Assembly (NCBI GenBank): GCA_030390025.1
Contig: CM059432.1
Location: forward strand, 145,080,001 to 145,144,000
DNA from: Squalus acanthias
Lineage: Eukaryota
DNA length: 64,000 nucleotides
Direction of reading: 5' to 3'
The translations under genes and the position numbers were made by a program. Shown here one piece after another: positions 32,059 through 44,897 of this stretch. Below the pieces are notes generated by a model. That model saw nothing but the letters and a program-made list of their open reading frames with translations, ran no database searches and was not told where the DNA came from. Each line of letters opens with the position of its first letter. The first letter of the stretch is position 1.

Positions 32059-35000
32059 CGGCGCGTTGCTTCGCTCCTCTTTCACTTACCACAGAAAAAA
32101 AAACTAGAACCAAATAGCGCCTTTAACGTAGTAAAACGTCCCAAGGCGCTTCACAGGAGCGATCATCAAACAACATTTGACAGCGAGCCAGACTTTAATC
32201 AAACTTTTATGTTTCAAATGTACAACAGAAATTCTGGCAGAGTTTCATATTTGTCCAGGGCTCAAAGGGTTAACATATGAGGATAAGTTGCATAAAAGTT
32301 GGCTTGTATTCCCCCTGAGTTACGAAGGTTGAGAGGCGACCTACTTTAACCGAGATATTTAACATGATTAAGGGATTGGATAGATAACAGGGAAACTATT
32401 TCCTCTGGTGGGAGAGTCCAGAACCTTTAAAATTAGAGCCAGGCCGTTCAGGGGGTGATGTCAGGAAGCACTTCTTCACACAAAGGGTCGGGGAAATCTG
32501 GAACTCTCTCCCTCAAAAGGCCGTGGCTGCTGGGGGACAATTGGAGCTTTCAAGGCTGAGATTGATAGATTTCTGTTGGGTAAGGGTATCAAGGGATATG
32601 GAGCAAAGGAGAGTAATCAGATTGAACGGCTGAACAGGCTCGAGGGGCTGAATGGCCTCCTCCTGTTCCTACGATACACAATCAGGATAGACATAGTAGA
32701 CATACAACCCATAACAGATGAGAAGGGTTTACCGGCCCCGGAATGGATGGACAAGGGTTGAGGCAGAGCGGTGGTCTTGGATCCCTGCAACCTGCGGCAG
32801 TGGTCTCTTCCTCTTTGGTCATCTCCCAAGGCTGGTGGGGGTGTTAAGCTAAAGCTAGCATGAATCCACTCTGGGGAAGCACTTCCCCTCCCCAACCCCC
32901 GAGGAAGACCTTCCCCTCTCTGCAACGCCCCCCGCCCTCCGCGGCTGGGAAGCTCTTTCCCTCTCTGCCTATTTTTCCCTTTCAGCTGCCCGTTTATATA
33001 CCTTATTTTGGGGGGTCAGTGGATACCTCACGTCAATCATTTGTTACCCATTCAATTGTCCAATTACAGGGGAATAAGTACCTATGGCAGATCCCTCCCA
33101 GACTCATGAGGTCATTCCTCTGCTTATCTCCTGTTTGGACATCTTGCACTTTCTCCTAGACAGTTTGTTTATCATAAGGATCCTTACTCGACCGCTTATC
33201 AGGCCTAGCTATGGCTGCATGGAGGCCTGTTTCTGCGTTCTGCCCTTGTAAACGACCTCAGTTCTTTGTGCAACTCCTTATCTGATATGATTGGTTCCTT
33301 CTGTGTCATCAGCTGAGCTAGGCAAAACCATTTCTTTTATAAAACCATTATTTCTTTTACAATTCATAATTTCTTGCCATTCACGATTTCTTACAACACT
33401 AATCCAGGTCAAAATTAATTGACACTGGAAATATATGGGCGAATAAATGAGAATCCCAGCACGATTTGTTAAAGGCAAATTGTGTGTAACTAACTTGATT
33501 GAGTTCCTTCATGAAGTAACATAGAGGGTTGACCAGGGTAGTGCGGTTGATGTTGTATATATGGGCTTTCAAAAGGCGTTTGATAAAGTACCATATAATA
33601 GATTTGTTAGCAAAATTGAAGCCCATGGGATTAAAGGGATAGTGACTGCATGGATAAGAAATTGGCTAAGGGACAGAAAGCAGTGGTGAATGAAAACAAA
33701 AAATGGTGGAAATACTCAGCAGGTCAGGCAGCATCTGTGGAGAGAGAAACAGAGTTAACATTTCAGTTCAATGACCAATTTTCAATCCATGCCAGTATAT
33801 TACCCCCAATCCCATGTGCTTTAACTTTGCACACTAACCTCTTATGTGGGACTTTATCAAAGGCCTTTTGAAAATCCAAATACACCACATCCACTGGTTC
33901 TCCCTTATCTATTGTACCAGTTACATCCTCAAAAAACTCCAGTAGGTTTGTCAAACACAATTTCCCTTTCATAAATCCATGTTGAATTTGTCTAATCCCG
34001 TTGATATTTTCTAAGTGTCCTGTTATCACATCCTTTACAATAGAGTCTAGCATTTTCCCTACTATGATGTTAGGCTAACCGGTCTGTAGTTCCCTGTTTT
34101 CTCTCTCCCTCCTTTTTTAAATAGTGAGGTTACATTTGCCACCCTCCAATCTGCAGGAACTGTTCCATAATCTATAGAATTTTGGAAGATGACAACCAAT
34201 GCATCCACTATTTCCATGGCTACCTCTTTTAGTACTCTGGGATGCAGATTATCAGTGCCTAGGGATTTATCGGCTTTCAGTCCCATTAATTTCTCCAGCA
34301 CTATTTTTTTACTAATACTAATTTCCTTTAATTCCTCCTTCTCACTGGACCCTTGGTTCCTTAGCATTTCTGGAAAGTTATTTGTGTCCTCTTCCGTGAA
34401 GACAGAACCAAAGTATTTGTTTAATTGCTCAGCCATTTCCTTGTTCCCCATTATAAATTCTCCCGTTTCTGACTGTAAGGGACCTACATTTGTCTTCAGT
34501 AATGTTTTTCTTTTTACCTACTTGTAGAAGCTTTTACAGTCCGCTTTTATGTTCTTTGCAAGTTGACTCTCATACCCGATTTCCCCCCTCTTAATCAATC
34601 CCTTGGTCCTTTATTGCTTAACTCTAAACTGCTCCCAATCCTCAGGCTTGCTACTTTTCTGGTAACTTGATATGACTCCTCTTTGGATCTAATTCTATCC
34701 TTAATTTATTTTGTTAGCCATGGTTGGCCAATTTTCCTTTTGTGTTTTTGCGCCAGAAAGGAATGTATAACTGTTGCAATTCATGCATTCATTCCTTAAA
34801 TGTTAGCCATTGTCTATCCACCATCATGCCTTTTATTGAAGCTCCACAATCTATCATAGCCAACTCCCTCCTCATACCTTCGTAGTTTCCTTTGTTTAGA
34901 TTTAGGACCCTAGTTTCGGATTGGATTACATCACTTTCCATCTTAATGAAGGTGTTCTCCAGGGGACCACTGCTCTTTCTGAGATATATTAATGACCTGG

Positions 35001-37537
35001 ATCGTGCCATAATTTCAAAGTTTTCAGATGACAAAAAACTCAGAAATGTAGTAAACAGTGAGGAGGATAGTAACAGACTTCAGGAGGACATAGACAGACT
35101 GGTGAAACGGGCAGACACAAGGCAGATGAAATTTAATGCAGATAAGTGTGAAGTGATTCATTTTGGTAGGAAGAATCAGGAGAGGCAATATGAACTAAAT
35201 GGTACAATTTTAAAGGGGGGGGGGAACAGAGAGACCTGGGAATGTATGTACACATGTCTTTGAAGGTGGCAGGACAAGTTGAGAAGGCTGTTAAAAAAGC
35301 ATATGGGATCCTTGATGTTATAAATAGAGGCATAGAGTACAACAGAAAGGATGTTATGCTAAACTTTTATAAAACACAGCATAGGCCCCAAATTATTGTG
35401 GCCGATTCTGGGCACCACACTTTAAGAAGGATGTCAAGGCCTTAAAGAAGGTGCAAAGGAGATTTACTAGAACAGTAATAGGGATGAGGGACTTCAGTTA
35501 CGTGGAGAGACTGGAGAAGCTGGGCTGTTCTCCTTTGAGCAGAGAAGGTTAAGGGGAGATTTAATAGAGATGTTCAAAATCATGAAGGGTTTTGATAAAA
35601 TAAGAAGGAATAGTTTCCAGTGGCAGAAGGGTCCGTAACCAAAGGACACAGATTTAAGGTAATTGGCAAAAGAACCATGAGGGAAAAAAATTACACAGCA
35701 TGTTGTTGTGATCTGGAATGCAATGCCTGTAAGGGTGGTGGAAGCAGATTCAATAATTTTCAAAATTGAATTGGATAAATACTTGAAGGGGAAAAATCTA
35801 CAGTGCTATGGGGAAAGAGCAGGGGAGTAGGACTAATTGGATAGCTCTTTCAAAGAGCTGGCACAGGCACGATGGGCCAAATGGCATATATCTGTGCTGT
35901 AAGATTCTATGATGCATCAACAATTGGAATAGATGTACCATGCATATCACAGTCTCTCCTCTTGAGGTTGCAGAGCCACAGTAACACACAGGGGGCACTC
36001 ACCACAACCCCCACTAGTTGGATTATTTTCAAGACAGTGAGTAGCTCTGGATCCCCAGGTGAATCTGCAAGCAACACATTACTGGGAACAAAAATAAACT
36101 TTCATTTCAAAAGGCATGGGTTAATCAAGGAGAGCCAGCATGGATTTGTTAAAGGTAAATCGTGTCTGACTAACTTGATTGAATTCTTTGATGAGGTAAC
36201 AGAGACGGTTGATCAAGGTAGTGCAGTTGTGTATCTGGACTTTTGGAAAGCATTCCCTTTTGTTCACTCCTGGTGCAGAGACTCACCAGTTGGGAGCTCA
36301 TATCTAGAAATCCTGTCTGGGCTGCCCATGGTTTTCCATCTATCAAAGTGAATGGGAATGCAAACAGGAAGTTACCTTCAAGTGTTTAGAAAGTGTCACG
36401 TGTCCAAATACCGATCAAAAACAACAACTTGCATTGATATTGCTCCTTGAGCAGGAAAACACGTCCCAAGTTGCTTACAGGAGCGTTATTATACACCTAC
36501 CAGTCTTAATCAATTAGACAACATCATTGTCCATTGGTGTGGGATCTTGGCTTAGTTGGCTTCTCCCTCCCCAATTCACAAGGACAGCTCTTCCCTTAAC
36601 CACCTCTCCCCATCCACAAGGGCTCTCTCTCCCCTTAACCGCCAACTCACCCAACATAACAACAGAAAACGCTGGAAAACTCACCCAACTGTTCAGAGCA
36701 CGCACTCGCCTTGAGCACGATCCTTGGTGGCGGGTGCTCGCCATAGTTCAGCGAGGTCTATCTGGTCACTTGCTGCAGCGTTTCATGCCCGGAGCAGCGG
36801 GATCTCAGAGCGGGGAGGAGGCCGCGGCGATGGAGCAGCATAGAGCGGGAGCGGCAACTTTCAGCGGGCAGCTTCTTAACGCGGAAACCCACACACACCG
36901 TGCCCAAGAACATGGAATGGGAGCTCGGGCAGGAGTTACCGACCCGAACAGACCCTGCGCAGCTTAGCAGGAGCCCACACACACACACAGAGCTTTTACA
37001 CTGGGGCGCTGTGGAGGAGGGAAGGGTTCGGTGGGAAAGTAAAAATCACAACAAAAATACCTTTAATTCAGATAAATGCGGGTTCAGAGCATCTACTTCC
37101 TTATCAAATGTAAATTCAAATATGTCAGGGATCTAACACTGGGGAGAGTGAAACAAATTCACTGTGAAGTTTGATCCAGTCTTGGGAGAAAGGTTTTCCT
37201 CCTCGCCCCTGTCTGACTGCACACATCTCCCAGCTGCTGCAACCAAACAGAATAACTCGGCGCAATTAGTTTCTGATTTTAAAAGTGAGCAATCCTAAAT
37301 TGAATTTTGAATGCACAATTTCCGCGAGTATGAAAGCAATGTGCGAGGTGACTATCGCACAGAGAGTAACTAACGGTCTCACATTTTATAATGTGGGAGG
37401 GAGGACTGTAAACTGGGCGGGTTTTATGCCGACAGGAAATTCGCAGCCTCGGCCTGATAGGGGAGGGGGACTCGGGTCCTTCACATTGTTATCAGTGGGG
37501 ACTAACCGAGTAACGAGGGAGACTTGGTCTCTGCAGG

Positions 37538-37960
37538 ATGTTCTGGGTGATTGTGGCGTTATTTTTACCCTGTACGTGTTTCTATTTTTTAAAATGTTAT
37601 TTATGTCCATTCATTGTGCAGCAAATGTTCAGCATTTTCAAATCAGGTCATTTTGTGCATTTTTTCCAGGTGGGTGTTTTGCTCAGACTTTGACACAGAC
37701 TCCAATATCGATTACAAAGGTGGCCACTAAAATTGCCAGATTTCAGTGTGCGATCAGTGGAGGGAGGAACACAATCCACTGGTACCAACAAAGGCCGGGT
37801 CAGGCGCCCGCCAGAATACTCTATTATGGAAACAGCGCCATTCGGGATCCGGAATTCAGCTCCCGGTTCAACGCAGATAAGGAAGACGATGTGTGCACTT
37901 TAATAATTAATAACATCGCGAAGAATGACACTGCCACGTATTACTGTGCCTATTGGGACA
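37538..37960 (+). CDS. TRGV: Intact TCR V segment V5: leader 37538-37571, V exon 37670-37960
   Basis: As V3; CDR1 GGRNT, CDR2 YGNS, HV4 NADKEDD. Confidence 0.93.
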
Positions 37961-37999
37961 CACAGTGCTCAACAGAGGCAGAAACCCTTGACAAAAACC
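37961..37999 (+). other. Canonical 23-RSS (V5)
   Basis: CACAGTG + 23 nt + ACAAAAACC. Confidence 0.95.
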
Positions 38000-40900
38000 C
38001 GGCGCGTTGCTTCGCTCCTCTTTCACTTCCCACACAAGAAAAAACTAGAACCAAATAGCGCCTTTAACGTAGTAAAACGTCCCAAGGCGCTTCACAGGAG
38101 CGATCATCAAACAACATTTGACACCGAGCCAGACTTTAATCAAACTTTTATGTTTCAAATGTACAACAGAAATTCTGGCAGAGTTTCATATTTGTCCAGG
38201 GCTCAAAGGGTTAACATATGAGGACAAGTTGCATAAAAGTTGGCTTGTATTCACCTTGAGTTAAGAAGGTTGAGAGGCGACCTAATTTAATCGAGATATT
38301 TAACATGATTAAGGGATTGGATAGGGTAGATACAGGGAAACTATTTCCTCTGGTGGGAGAGTCCAGAACCTTTAAAATTAGAGCCAGGCCGTTCAGGGGT
38401 GATGTCAGGAAGCACTTTTTCACACAAAGGGTCGGGGAAATCTGGAACTCTCTCCCTCAAAAGGCCGTGGCTGCTGCGGGACATTTGGAGCTTTCAAGAC
38501 TGAGATTGATAGATTTCTGTTGGGTAAGGGTATCAAGGGATATGGAGCAAAGGCGAGTAATCAGATTGAACGGCGGAGCAGGCTCGAGGGGCTGAATGGC
38601 CTCCTCCTGTTCCTACCATACACAATCAGGATAGACATAGTAGACAGACAACCCATAACAGATGAGAACTCCAGGGAAGCCCTTCCCCTCCCCAACCCCG
38701 GAGGAAGCCCTTCCCCTCTCTGACCCCGCCCCCCCCCACCTCCGGCCGGGAAGCTCTTTCCTTCTCTGCCTATTTTTCCCTTTCAGCTGCCAGTTTATAT
38801 ACCTTATTTTGGGGGGTCAGTGGATACCTCACGTCAATCATTTGTTACCCATTCAATTGTCCAATTACAGGGGAATAAGTACCTATGGCAGATCCCTCCC
38901 AGACTCATGAGGTCATTCCTCTGCTTATCTCCTGTTTGGACATCTTGCACTTTCTCCGAGACAGTTTGTTTATCATAAGGATCCTTACTCGACCGCTTAT
39001 CAGGCCTAGCTATGGCTGCATGAAGGCCTGTTTCTGCGTTATGCCCTTGTAAACAACCTCAGTTCTTTGTGCAACTCCTTATCTGATATGATTGGTTTCT
39101 TCTGTGTCATCAGCTTATCCTGGCTGCTGAGCTAGGCAAAACCATTTCTTTTATAAAAACCATTATTTCTTTTACAATTCATAATTTCTTGCCATTCACG
39201 ATTTCTGACAACACTAATCCAGGTCAAAATTAATTGACACTGGAAATATATGGGCAAATAAATGAGAATCCCAGCACGATTTGTTAAAGGCAAATTGTGT
39301 GTAACTAACTTGATTGAGTTCCTTGATGAAGTAACATAGAGGGTTGACCAGGGTAGTGCGGTTGATGTTGTATATATGGGCTTTCAAAAGGCATTTGATA
39401 AAGTACCACATAATAGATTTGTTAGCAAAATTGAAGCCCATGGGATTAAAGGGATAGTGACTGCATGGATAAGAAATTGGCTAAGGGACAGAAAGCAGTG
39501 GTGAATGAAAACAGAAAATGGTGGAAATACTCAGCAGGTCAGGCAGCATCTGTGGAGAGAGAAACAGAGTTAACATTTCAGTTCAATGACCATTCATCAG
39601 AACTGATGTTGAATGGTTGTTTTTCAGACTGGAGGGAAGTGTGCAGTGGTAGAAACATAGAAACATAGAAAAATAGGAGCAGGAGTAGGTCATTTGTGCT
39701 TGCTCCGCCATTCAATATTATCATGGCTGATCCTCTATCTCAATACCATATTCCCGCTCTCTCCCCATACCCCTTGACGCCTTTTGCGTCTAGAAATCTG
39801 TCTATCTTCTTCCACAGAATTCCAGAGGTTCACCACCCTCTGAGTGAAGAAATTTCTCCTCATCTCAGTCCTAAATGTCCTACCTCATATCCTGAGATTG
39901 TGACCCCTCGTTCTGGAGCCCCCAGCCAGGGGAAAGATCCTCCCTGCATCCAGTCTGTCTAGCCCTGTCAGAATGTTATACGTTTCAATGAGATCCCCTC
40001 TCATTCTTCTAAACTCTAGTGAATACAGGCCTATTCGACCCAATCCCTCCTCATACTACAGTCCTGCCATCCCAGGAATCAGTCTGGTGAACCTTCGCTG
40101 CACTCCCTCTACGCAAGTATATCCTTTCTTAGGTAAGGAGACCAAAACTGCACGCAGTACTCCAGGTGTGGTCTCACCAAGGCCCTGTATAACTGTAGTA
40201 AGGCATTCTTGCTCCTGTACTCAAATCTTCTTGCAATGAAGGCCAACATACCATTTGCCTTCCTAACTGCTTGCTGCACCTGCATGTTTGCTTTCAGTGA
40301 CTGGTGTACAAGGACACTCAGGTCCCTTTGTACATCAACATTTCCCAATCTATCACCATTTAAATAATACTCTGCCTTTCTGTTTTTCCTACCGAAGTGG
40401 ATAACTTCACATTTATCCACGTTATACTGCATCTGCCATGTATTTGCCCACTCACTCAACTTGTCTAAATCGCCTTGAAGCCTCTTTGCATCCTCCTCAC
40501 AACTCACAGTCCCACCTAGTTTTGTGTCATCAGCAAACTTGGAAATATTACATTTGGTTCCCTCATCCAAATCATTGATTTATATTGTGAATAGCTGAGC
40601 CCAAGCACTGATCCCTGCAGTACCCCACTAGTCATCACCTGCCACCCCGAAAAAGACCCATTTATTCCTGCTCTCTGTTTCCTGTCTGTTATCCAATTTT
40701 CAATCCATTCCAGTATATTACCCCCAATCCCATGTGCTTTAATTTTGCACACTACCCTCTTATGTGGGACTTTATCAAAGGCCTTCTGAAAATCCAAATA
40801 CACCACATCCACTGGTTCTCCCTTATCTATTGTACCAGTTACATCCTCAAAAAACTCCAGTAGGTTTGTCAAACACGATTTCCCTTTCATAAATCCATGT

Positions 40901-43900
40901 TGAATTTGTCTAATCCCGTTGATATTTTCTAAGTGTCCTGTTATCACATCCTTTATAATAGAGTCTAGCATTTTCCCTACTATGATGTTAGGCTAACCGG
41001 TCTGTAGTTCCCTGTTTTCTCTCTCCCTTCTTTTTTAAATAGTGAGGTTACATTTGCCACCCTCCAATCTGCAGGAACTGTTCCATAATCTATAGAATTT
41101 TGGAAGATGACAACCAATGCATCCACTATTTCCATGGCTACCTCTTTTAGTACTCTGGGATGCAGATTATCAGTGCCTAGGGATTTATCGGCTTTCAGTC
41201 CCATTAATTTCTCCAGCACTATTTTTTTACTAATACTAATTTCCTTTAATTCCTCCTTCTCACTAGACCCTTGGTTCCTTAGCATTTCTGGAAAGTTATT
41301 TGTGTCCTCTTCCGTGAAGACAGAACCAAAGTATTTGTTTAATTGCTCAGCCATTTCCTTGTTCCCCATTATAAATTCTCCCGTTTCTGACTGTAAGGGA
41401 CCTGCATTTGTCTTCAGTAATGTTTTTCTTTTTACCTACTTGTAGAAGCTTTTACAGTCCGCTTTTATGTTCTTTGCAAGTTGCCTCTCATACCCGATTT
41501 TTCCCCTCTTACTCAATCCCTTGGTCCTTTATTGCTGAACTCTAAACTGCTCCCAATCCTCAGGCCTGCTACTTTTCTGGTAACTTGATATGACTCCTCT
41601 TTGGATCTAATTCTATCCTTAATTTATTTTGTTAGCCATGGTTGGGCCAATTTTCCTTTTGTGTTTTTGCGCCAGAAAGGAATGTATAACTGTTGCAATA
41701 CATGCATTCATTCCTTAAATGTTAGCCATTGTCTATCCACCATCATGCCTTTTAATGAAGCTCCACAATCTATCATAGCCAACTCCCTCCTCATACCTTC
41801 GTAGTTTCCTTTGTTTAGATTTAGGACCCTAGTTTCGGATTGGATTACGTCACTTTCCATCTTAATGAAGGTGTTCTCCAGGGGACCACTGCTCTTTTTG
41901 AGATATATTAATGACCTGGATCGTGCCATAATTTCAAAGTTTTCAGATGACTAAAAATTCAGAAATGTAGTAAACAGTGAGGAGGATAGTAACTGACTTC
42001 AGGAGGACATAGACAGACTGGTGAAACGGGCAGACACAAGGCAGATGAAATTTAATGCAGAGAAGTGTGAAGTGATTCATTTTGGTAGGAAGAATCAGGA
42101 GAGGCAATATGAACTAAATGGTACAATTTTAAAGGGGGGGAACAGAGAGACCTGGGAATGTATGTACACATGTCTTTGAAGGTGGCAGGACAAGTTGAGA
42201 AGGCTGTTAAAAAAGCATATGGGATCCTTGATGTTATAAATAGAGGCATAGAGTACAACAGAAAGGATGTTATGCTAAACTTTTATAAAACACAGCATAG
42301 GCCCCAAATTATTGTGGCCAATTCTGGGCACCACACTTTAAGAAGGATGTCAAGGCCTTAAAGAAGGTGCAAAGAAGATTTACTAGAACAGTAATAGGGA
42401 TGAGGGACTTCAGTTACGTGGAGAGACTGGAGAAGCTGGGCTGTTCTCCTTCGAGCAGAGAAGGTTAAGGGGAGATTTAATAGAGATGTTCAAAATCATG
42501 AAGGGTTTTGATAAAATAAGAAGGAATAGTTTCCAGTGGCAGAAGGGTCCGTAACCAGAGGACACAGATTTAAGGTAATTGGCAAAAGAACCATGAGGGA
42601 AAAAAATTACACAGCATGTTGTTGTGATCTGGAATGCAATGCCTGTAAGGGTGGTGGAAGCAGATTCAATAATTTTCAAAATTGAATTGGATAAATACTT
42701 GAAGGGGAAAAATCTACAGTGCTATGGGGAAAGAGCAGGGGAGTAGGACTAATTGGATAGCTCTTTCAAAGAGCTGGCACAGGCACGATGGGCCAAATGG
42801 CATATATCTGTGCTGTAAGATTCTATGATGCATCAACAATTGGAATAGATGTACCATGCATATCACAGTCTCTCCTCTTGAGCTTTGCAGAACCACAGTA
42901 ACACACAGGGGGCACTCACCACAACCCCCACTAGTTGGACTATTTTCAAGACAGTGAGTAGCTCTGGATCCCCAGGTGAATCTGTAAGCAACACATTACT
43001 GGGAACAAAAATAAACTTTCATTTGGAAAGGCATGGGTTAAATCAAGGAAAGCCAGCATGGATTTGTTAAAGGTAAATCGTGTCTGACTAACTTGATTGA
43101 ACTCTTTGATGAGGTAACAGAGACGGTTGATCAAGGTAGTGCAGTTGTGTATCTGGACTTTTGGAAAGCATTCCCTTTTGTTCACTCCTGGTGCAGAGAC
43201 TCACCAGTTGGGAGCTCATATCTAGAAATCCTGTCTGGGCTGCCCATGGTTTTCCATCTATCAAAGTGAATGGGAATGCAAACAGGAAGTTACCTTCAAG
43301 GGTTTAGAAAGTGTCACGTGTCCAAATACCGATCAAAAACAACAACTTGCATTGATATTGCTCCTTGAGCAGGAAAACACGTCCCAAGTTGCTTACAGGA
43401 GCGTTATTATACACCTACCAGTCTTAATCAATTAGACAACATCATTGCCCATTGGTGTGGGATCTTGGCTAAGTTGGCTTCTCCCTCCCCAATTCACAAG
43501 GACAGCTCTTCCCTTAACCACCTCTCCCCATCCACAAGGGCTCTCTCTCCCCTTAACCGCCAACTCACCCGTGTTCAGAGCACGCACTCGCCTTGAGCAC
43601 GATCCTTGGTGGCGGGTGCTCGCCATAGTTCAGCGAGATCTATCTGGTCACTTGCTGCAGCGTTTCATGCCCGGAGCAGCGGGATCTCAGAGCGGGGAGG
43701 AGGGCGCGGCGATGGAGCAGCATAGAGCGGGAGCGGCAACTTTCAGCGGGCAGCTTCTGAACGCGGAAACCCACACACACCGTGCCCAAGAACATGGAAT
43801 GGGAGCTCGGGCAGGAGTTACCGACCCGAACAGACCCTGCTCAGCTAAGCAGGAGCCCCCCCCCCCCACCCCACACACACACACACAGAGCTTTTACACT

Positions 43901-44435
43901 GGGGCGCTGTGGAGGAGGGAAGGGTTCGGTGGGAAAGTAAAAATCACAACAAAAATACCTTTAATTCAGATAAATGCGGGTTCAGAGCATCTACTTCCTT
44001 GTCAAATGTAAATTCAAATATGTCAGGGATCTAACACTGGGGAGAGTGAAACAAATTCACTGTGAAGTTTGATCCAGTCTTGGGAGAAAGGTTTTCCTCC
44101 TCGCCCCTGTCTGACTGCACACATCTCCCAGCTGCTGCAACCAAACAGGATAACTCGGCGCAATTCGTTTCTGATTTTAAAAGTGAGCAATCCTAAATTG
44201 AATTTTGAATTCACAATTTCCGCGAGTGTGAAAGCAATGTGCGAGGTGACTATCGCACAGAGAGTAACTAACGGTCTCACATTTTATAATGTGGGAGGGG
44301 GGACTGTAAACTGGGCGGGTTTTATGCCGACAGGAAATTCGCAGCCTCGGCCTGATAGGGGAGGAGGACTCGGGTCCTTCACATTGTTATCAGTGGGGAC
44401 TAACCGAGTAACGAGGGAGGCTTGGTCACTGCACG

Positions 44436-44858
44436 ATGTTCTGGGTGATTGTGGCGTTATTTTTACCCTGTACGTGTTTCTATTTTTTAAAATGTTATTT
44501 ATGTCCATTCATTGTGCAGCAAATGTTCAGCATTTTCAAATCAGGTCATTTTGTGCATTTTTTCCAGGTGGGTGTTTTGCTCAGACTTTGACACAGACTC
44601 CAATATCGATTACAAAGGTGGCCACTAAAATTGCCAGATTTCAGTGTGCGTTCAGTGGAGGGAGCAACACAATCCACTGGTACCAGCAAAGGCCGGGTCA
44701 GGCGCCCGCCAGAATACTCTATTATGATAGCAGCGCCATTCGGGATCCGGAATTCAGCTCCCGGTTCAACGCAGCTAAGAAAGGCGATGTGTGCACTTTA
44801 ATAATTAATGACATCGTGAAGAATGACACTGCCACTTATTACTGTGCCTATTGGGACA
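44436..44858 (+). CDS. TRGV: Intact TCR V segment V6: leader 44436-44469, V exon 44568-44858
   Basis: As V3; CAFSGGSNT, YDSS, NAAKKGD. Confidence 0.93.
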
Positions 44859-44897
44859 CACAGTGCTCAACAGAGGCAGAAACCCTTGACAAAAACC
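44859..44897 (+). other. Canonical 23-RSS (V6)
   Basis: CACAGTG + 23 nt + ACAAAAACC. Confidence 0.95.

Larger units (their letters stand above)
26732..32675 (+). repeat. Tandem unit 2 (5944 bp)
   Basis: ORF track repeats at a +5944 offset; ~1.1-kb deletion at 27831 shared with unit 3. Confidence 0.9.
32676..38619 (+). repeat. Tandem unit 3
   Basis: Nearly identical to unit 2 up to ~37300. Confidence 0.9.
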
